A DNA stretch of 49,082 nt, taken from positions 1 through 49,082 of the forward strand of contig JAUIKA010000001.1 in assembly GCA_030430995.1 (NCBI GenBank), given 5' to 3'. Source of the stretch: Alphaproteobacteria bacterium (GTDB lineage Bacteria > Pseudomonadota > Alphaproteobacteria > Rickettsiales > Rickettsiaceae). A model generated the notes under the pieces. That model was given only the letters and a program-made list of their open reading frames with translations, was not told the DNA's origin and ran no database searches. Below, in pieces: positions 44,761 through 49,082 of this stretch. Made by a program: the position numbers and the translations under genes. Each line of letters begins with the position of its first letter. Position 1 is the first letter of the stretch.

Positions 44761-45676
44761 GTTGCCAGATAATATCACGATAAGATTACTCAAATCGCAA
44801 GATAACAAGTTACTTGAAGAATATCTTGAACCTCATAAATCTGAAACCATGTTTATTTACAGTAATTTTCAATCTGCTGGTATTGAATATAAAGGGCAAT
44901 GCTTTGAGGGTGAGTATTTTGGTTATTTCAATAAGAAGCACGATAATAGAGAGAAGTTGCTAGGCGTTATCGTTCATTATAGCAACGGTCATATCATAAT
45001 GCATGCATCAAATAATTTAGTATTAGAAAGACTCACTACCTATTTAAAAAAACATTTAAATAGAGATATTGCTGGCGTATCGGGAATAAGCGCACAAGCA
45101 AGTTATGTAATTAATGAGTTAGGATTGTCTGATTCAATTTTTAGCATCAACCGAGATGCAGGCTTATATGATTTATGTTTATCAAGTTTAAACGCTGTAG
45201 ATTTGCAAATTAATTGTAATATTATACCAGCTAAAGAAGTTCCCATAGATACTTTAATACAATGGATTACCGACTATGAAATTGAAGCTTTAGGAGCAGA
45301 TAAAAATGATGCTTTGTCAGACCGTGTTAACAATAAAGTTGAACGCATTAGAAATGGTGATGGTTTTGCTATGTTGAAAGATAATATACCAGTATCATTA
45401 GTTGGCTTTAACTCTAAATTGAAGGATATGCTGCAAGTAGGTCCTGTTTGGACTCCGACAGAATACCGAAATAAGGGTTTTGCTAGACGACTTTTAGCAA
45501 GCGCTTTGCTTAAGCAAAAATCACATGGAATAAAAAAAGCAATTTTATTTTCAGACAATCCTGCTGCTATAAAAGCCTATGAAGCAATTGGTTTTAAACA
45601 AATTGGTACATATCGTCTTGCATTACTAAAAGATCCTATTACTATGCATGCCCAAAAATTTAAAGTTTATGAATAA
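44750..45676 (+). CDS. GNAT-family acetyltransferase with N-terminal extension
   Basis: 308 aa. ..VWTPTEYRNKGFARRLLASALL..AILFSDNPAAIKAYEAIGFKQIG is present. It overlaps the yhcG-like stop by 11 nt. Confidence 0.7.
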   Translation: MIDRLPDNITIRLLKSQDNKLLEEYLEPHKSETMFIYSNFQSAGIEYKGQCFEGEYFGYFNKKHDNREKLLGVIVHYSNGHIIMHASNNLVLERLTTYLKKHLNRDIAGVSGISAQASYVINELGLSDSIFSINRDAGLYDLCLSSLNAVDLQINCNIIPAKEVPIDTLIQWITDYEIEALGADKNDALSDRVNNKVERIRNGDGFAMLKDNIPVSLVGFNSKLKDMLQVGPVWTPTEYRNKGFARRLLASALLKQKSHGIKKAILFSDNPAAIKAYEAIGFKQIGTYRLALLKDPITMHAQKFKVYE

Positions 45677-45766
45677 TTTAGAGATAGTAGAAGCATAGTA
45701 GTTAAAAGATAGTGATGTAATTATTAGCAATAATATGAAATTGATAGAATCAATATAGAGGTTATA

Positions 45767-45973
45767 ATGAAAACAATAGATATGGACGGCAAATATTTAG
45801 ATAAGCATTATCTAAATATAACAGAAGTTTTAGAGTTTTATAATGATTTAAGAGGAATAGGTATAGTAGAGAAGATAAAACAAGGTCGTTATAGCATGTC
45901 TGTTACCTTTAATGAGCATGCACTGGAAAGATATCTTCATTTTATAGAAGTAATTAACTCTAGCAATAGATAA
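45767..45973 (+). CDS. Hypothetical small protein
   Basis: 68 aa with no recognisable motif. Its stop overlaps the start of the next ORF (ATAATGA). Confidence 0.35.
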   Translation: MKTIDMDGKYLDKHYLNITEVLEFYNDLRGIGIVEKIKQGRYSMSVTFNEHALERYLHFIEVINSSNR

Positions 45974-46215
45974 TGAAAGCTACCATCTCTTGGAGAAAAG
46001 ACAATGGCAGATATTATAAAGTAAGCCAGCAATATAATTTTCTAGGAGGCATAAGCCTTATATGTAGTTGGGGTAGCTTATATAGCGTCGGCAGAGGAAG
46101 CAAGGAATATATCTTCACTTCTAGAGAAGAAATGCAGAAAAAGCTAAGTTATATAAAAACTAGAAGAAAATATAGAGGATATAATGTTGTTGGGCTTTTG
46201 GGTTTTAACTTTTGA
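45973..46215 (+). CDS. Stand-alone WGR-domain-like protein
   Basis: 80 aa. ..NGRYYKVSQQYNFLGGISLICSWGSLYSVGRGSKEYIFTSREEMQKKLSYIKTRRKYRGY matches the WGR pattern (rfY.l...dLfg...l...WGriG..G......f.s...A......K...GY). Confidence 0.55.
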   Translation: MKATISWRKDNGRYYKVSQQYNFLGGISLICSWGSLYSVGRGSKEYIFTSREEMQKKLSYIKTRRKYRGYNVVGLLGFNF

Positions 46216-46232
46216 TATAAAAATAGGTAATT

Positions 46233-46469
46233 ATGTTTCAATGAGAAATTCATCATTATATAAAAGTAGTCTATAACTCTGATACAGAAAAATGGGAAGA
46301 AGATCTTTCGTCTCTAGGGCATGTCTATATAGAGTTTGCCATCAATAAGGGTGAGAGTATTTTTAGAGGAGTAAATAAAAAAGTAATGTTATGGCCTGTT
46401 TATTATAGAGATGAGCAAGTAAGATATAATAGAGCTGTTGAATATCAAGAAAGTATAGGAAATATTTAA
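46233..46469 (+). pseudogene. Truncated, stop-containing copy of the 5' end of the 387-aa gene (17489-18652)
   Basis: It reads MFQ*EIHHYIKVVYNSDTEKWEEDLSSLGHVYIEFAINKGESIFRGVNKKVMLWPVYYRDEQVRYNRAVEYQESIGNI*. The upstream AAATAGGTAATTATG also mirrors the AAATAGAGGTAATTATG of the intact gene. Confidence 0.85.
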
Positions 46470-46480
46470 ATAAATTAAAA

Positions 46481-47032
46481 ATGAATCTACGGAAATTATT
46501 TATATATCTAACTTTATTTATATCTTTAGTGGGTAATCTGTTTTTAGGGTATAAATATAAGATTGAGAAAGACATTATTTCAACAGAAGTGTGCTTCACG
46601 CCAGATCATAAATGTACTTCTCTTATTATAGACGAAATAGCAAAAACAAAAAAAGAAATCTTAGTACAAGCATATAGCTTTACATCAATAGCTATAGCAA
46701 AAGCTTTAGTGAGAGCAAAGCTTGATGGAGTTAGTGTACAAGTTTTGCTAGATAGAAGTAATATAAGTAGCAAATATTCTTGTATGAAGATTTTACAAGA
46801 CAATAATATTCCTGTATATATTGATAGTATTAAAGGCATAGCACATAACAAAGTTATGATTTTTGATAGTAATAGAGTTTTAACAGGGTCTTTTAACTTT
46901 TCTAAAGCTGCTGATTTTAAAAATGTAGAAAATCTTTTAATCATAAACGATAAAGCTTTAGCCAAAAGGTACAAAAAAAATTGGCTTGCTAGACAAAAGA
47001 TAGGCTATTTTCACCCTAAAACAGGGATCTAG
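46481..47032 (+). CDS. nuc: Phospholipase-D-family endonuclease (Nuc-like), secreted
   Basis: 183 aa with a signal peptide. It has the single HKD motif ..GIAHNKVMIFDSNRVLTGSFNFSKAA.. Confidence 0.85.
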   Translation: MNLRKLFIYLTLFISLVGNLFLGYKYKIEKDIISTEVCFTPDHKCTSLIIDEIAKTKKEILVQAYSFTSIAIAKALVRAKLDGVSVQVLLDRSNISSKYSCMKILQDNNIPVYIDSIKGIAHNKVMIFDSNRVLTGSFNFSKAADFKNVENLLIINDKALAKRYKKNWLARQKIGYFHPKTGI

Positions 47033-47164
47033 GGTGTATATTTATAACCTTAGGTTAAAGCGCATAAAAGTAATAAATATTAAATAGATTATATATATAT
47101 TGCAGTAATGATTAAATAGTGATATAAATACTGCTAATAATTAAAACATTAAAGTATTAGTATT

Positions 47165-47590
47165 ATGACTCCTGTTGATTTAGCTAAAGAGAATTTTTTA
47201 AAGATTTTAAAACGTAAAACAATAAAAGTATGTTTAACAAAACTATCAGCAAAAACTTCAATTACTATAATAGATAGACTGCAAATATTACAAAAATTTT
47301 GGCATTTAGATGCTGTAGTGGTATTTAGTAACAAAAAACTTGTATTTCATAATTATCTAAACCAATCATTTTGGAGATATAGAATTGCTTATAGTACCTA
47401 TGAAGAATTTATAGCAGATATAGAAAGTTTCCAAAAAAAAGACAGAATCTTTTTAAAATTTTATTTAGAAAGTTTAGAAATACATTGTCTTCCAAATATT
47501 TATGTTAGACCTTGGAATAGTAATGATAAACATTATATTCAAAAATTATTTCAAAAAGCTATAGCTGGGCCTATGTCCAAATCTGTATAA
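47165..47590 (+). CDS. Hypothetical protein
   Basis: 141 aa with no recognisable motif. It is followed by the 14-nt palindrome AGGCTATATAGCCT. Confidence 0.35.
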   Translation: MTPVDLAKENFLKILKRKTIKVCLTKLSAKTSITIIDRLQILQKFWHLDAVVVFSNKKLVFHNYLNQSFWRYRIAYSTYEEFIADIESFQKKDRIFLKFYLESLEIHCLPNIYVRPWNSNDKHYIQKLFQKAIAGPMSKSV

Positions 47591-47660
47591 AAGGCTATAT
47601 AGCCTGGTGGTCCTTTATGCAATACCCCATGTAAGATGAAGTACTGTCTACTACAATTCA

Positions 47661-48449
47661 TTAACATGGAAATATAATACTGGAAAACCAATCAATCCAA
47701 TTCATTCTTGTATCTTTTTTCTTCACTAGCCTTGGGTTACCTGGAATAATAAATGTAGAAGAATCCTGATCTCCATATTCCACCTCCTTGTGAGGCAAGT
47801 AACATGTTATGTCCTCTAATATAATAAGCTTAGGATCTACGTTGAATTTTAGTGCTATATCATTCAATTTTGTATTTTTAGGCGCTATTATTTGGTAGAT
47901 TCTATCTCCTGGACCCCATATCTCTTTTTCATCTATATCTATAAAGTTGATTGGCATTTTATTTGTTATAACAAAGTAATCATTTAATGTTTCAAACAAG
48001 GGAGTATTTGATTTAGGATATTTAGTAAATTGATTACCTTCGATATAGTTTGTATCACCTATTGCCCATGCAACTTCATGGGTATGATTATGCCAAAAAA
48101 AACTGGTTCCTGGTAGTTTAATAGCCCTATATACATCATTAATTGCTAATAGGCATTCAACATAGGTATTCTTATGCATATCTTTTATATAAGATACAAA
48201 TATATTTATTGCATTTTCATATTGTTGTCTTGTCAGTGTAATTTCTGTTGAAAGTAATGGATATGTAGATTTTGCTTTTAACCGCTCTAGAGCAAGTCTA
48301 CTTAGCTGATCTTCAAAAATAAATCCCCTTTCTTCTTGAATTATACCTATTACAATTCGAGTTGATTTGTTATGGGTAAATTCTAAATACATATTACTTA
48401 ATTTGCCATACCGTCTTTGAAGGTCATGGTGAATTATTATATTAAACAT
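47661..48449 (-). CDS. Paralogue of the 387-aa tra-embedded protein (shared N-terminal about 125-aa domain)
   Basis: 262 aa. MFNIIIHHD...MYLEFTHNK...TRQQYENAINIF...YVECLLAINDVYRAI aligns with MFQLKIHHD...VYIELAGNK...QTQYEKIREYI...NDCVCFVNEVYKI. Confidence 0.6.
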   Translation of the reverse strand: MFNIIIHHDLQRRYGKLSNMYLEFTHNKSTRIVIGIIQEERGFIFEDQLSRLALERLKAKSTYPLLSTEITLTRQQYENAINIFVSYIKDMHKNTYVECLLAINDVYRAIKLPGTSFFWHNHTHEVAWAIGDTNYIEGNQFTKYPKSNTPLFETLNDYFVITNKMPINFIDIDEKEIWGPGDRIYQIIAPKNTKLNDIALKFNVDPKLIILEDITCYLPHKEVEYGDQDSSTFIIPGNPRLVKKKDTRMNWIDWFSSIIFPC

Positions 48450-48738
48450 AATCTACATTTACCCCTCTTGTATATTTATAACTCCTTTTTCTATAACCCT
48501 CATAAGAATTGTAAAAAGAAAAAGGTTGTGCGTATAAATAAATCTCTAGATTTCTGCCAAATAGCAAAGATAACGGTAATATAATATATAATATCCAAAA
48601 TATCCCTTCTAACATCATAAAACACCCGGGGCTTTCAAATGTAAATATATGATCTATATAGAGTTTTATCAGTATTGATAATAATATTAAGCACAAGTTA
48701 TATTTAGTAATAAAAATTTTGCTAAGTATTTTTTGCAT
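48442..48738 (-). CDS. Small 3-TM membrane protein, translationally coupled to the 262-aa gene
   Basis: 98 aa and hydrophobic, with an AGAGGTG SD. There is an 8-nt overlap with the downstream gene. Confidence 0.5.
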   Translation of the reverse strand: MQKILSKIFITKYNLCLILLSILIKLYIDHIFTFESPGCFMMLEGIFWILYIILPLSLLFGRNLEIYLYAQPFSFYNSYEGYRKRSYKYTRGVNVDYV

Positions 48739-48755
48739 TTACACCTCTTTGCCGA

Positions 48756-48950
48756 TTATAATCTATTTCTATCTATTTTTGCTTTATTATAGCATTCGGA
48801 TGCTTCTTTAGTTCTGCCTAACTCATCTAAAATCACTCCTTTATTGTAATATGCACTCGCATCTGAGGGTTTTAATGCTATAGCCTTATTAGAGCATACT
48901 AAAGCCTCATCTGCTTTTTCCATTAAACATAGAATAATAGCTTTATTAGG
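48756..48950 (-). pseudogene. 5'-truncated TPR-repeat gene remnant
   Basis: ..NKAIALKPSDASAYYNKGVILDELGRTKEASECYNKA is a TPR consensus. The track start is a TTG inside the putative IS6 end, and there are stops upstream. Confidence 0.5.
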
Positions 48951-49082
48951 AACCGTCAAGTTAATTTAGAGAGTATAAAATATTTCTAGAATCTGTTAAA
49001 TTAAAGGTACTAATTAAGATGCAAAAATATGCTGTCTGCTCCAAAAGGTTATAGATTCCCAGTAACAATAATTGGTCATGCT
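48949..49082 (+). mobile_element. Left end of an IS6-family element (runs off the window)
   Basis: GGAACCGTCAAGTT (48949-48962) resembles IS6-family ends (GGTTCTGTTGCAAAGTT type). The ATG at 49029 opens MLSAPKGYRFPVTIIGHA.., like the IS26/IS257 transposase N-terminus (..KG.rFp..II..Av..). Confidence 0.4.

Noticed and set aside
46363-46974. Minus-strand ORFs of 78 and 122 aa
   Set aside because: They are antisense to the pseudogene/nuc promoter region and to the well-supported PLD-family nuc gene.
47592-47605. Palindrome AGGCTATATAGCCT as an intrinsic terminator between convergent genes
   Set aside because: The stem is short (5-6 bp) with a minimal loop, and no T-tract follows on either strand. 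The evidence is insufficient.

Overview
This is a visibly AT-rich 49-kb window that reads as most of a self-contained conjugative replicon. It could be a plasmid or a RAGE-like integrative conjugative element of a low-GC, probably intracellular, bacterium. No searches were run, so every homology call below comes from motifs read by eye in the supplied translations plus gene order.

Minus strand, 9.1-28.8 kb: an F-type mating-pair-formation operon in the order traA(pilin)-traL-traE-traK-traB-traV-traC-(2 mini ORFs)-(charged TM protein)-traW-traU-trbC-[4 non-canonical genes]-traN-traF-traH-traG. F-type traD and traX lie at 5.0-7.3 kb, separated from traG by an Rpn-type nuclease gene.

DNA processing is Ti/MOBQ-like. 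A 1912-aa relaxase-helicase-primase sits at 36.1-41.8 kb. A perfect hairpin in the divergent intergenic region is a candidate oriT. A TraD_Ti-like gene follows in a four-gene, translationally coupled operon.

Maintenance functions are a winged-helix Rep candidate, a 350-bp array of 10-bp repeats, a small ParA with an RHH partner, VapBC, a serine resolvase, HU and Hsp20. Mobile-DNA debris includes three decayed copies of one IS5/IS903-like element, two Rpn/PD-(D/E)xK 'transposase-like' genes and an IS6-like end at the window edge.

Most interesting observations:
1. A C-family (DnaE-like) polymerase palm/fingers core, with its catalytic motifs intact, is embedded in-frame in the relaxase between the primase helper domain and the Toprim domain.
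2. A four-gene cassette is inserted between trbC and traN. Its core pair (polytopic membrane protein plus a His..Cys 'MF.I.IHHD' protein) recurs as a second intact locus and as a third, pseudogenised copy.
3. A 35-unit, strictly 10-bp-phased, two-variant repeat array lies between rep and parA.
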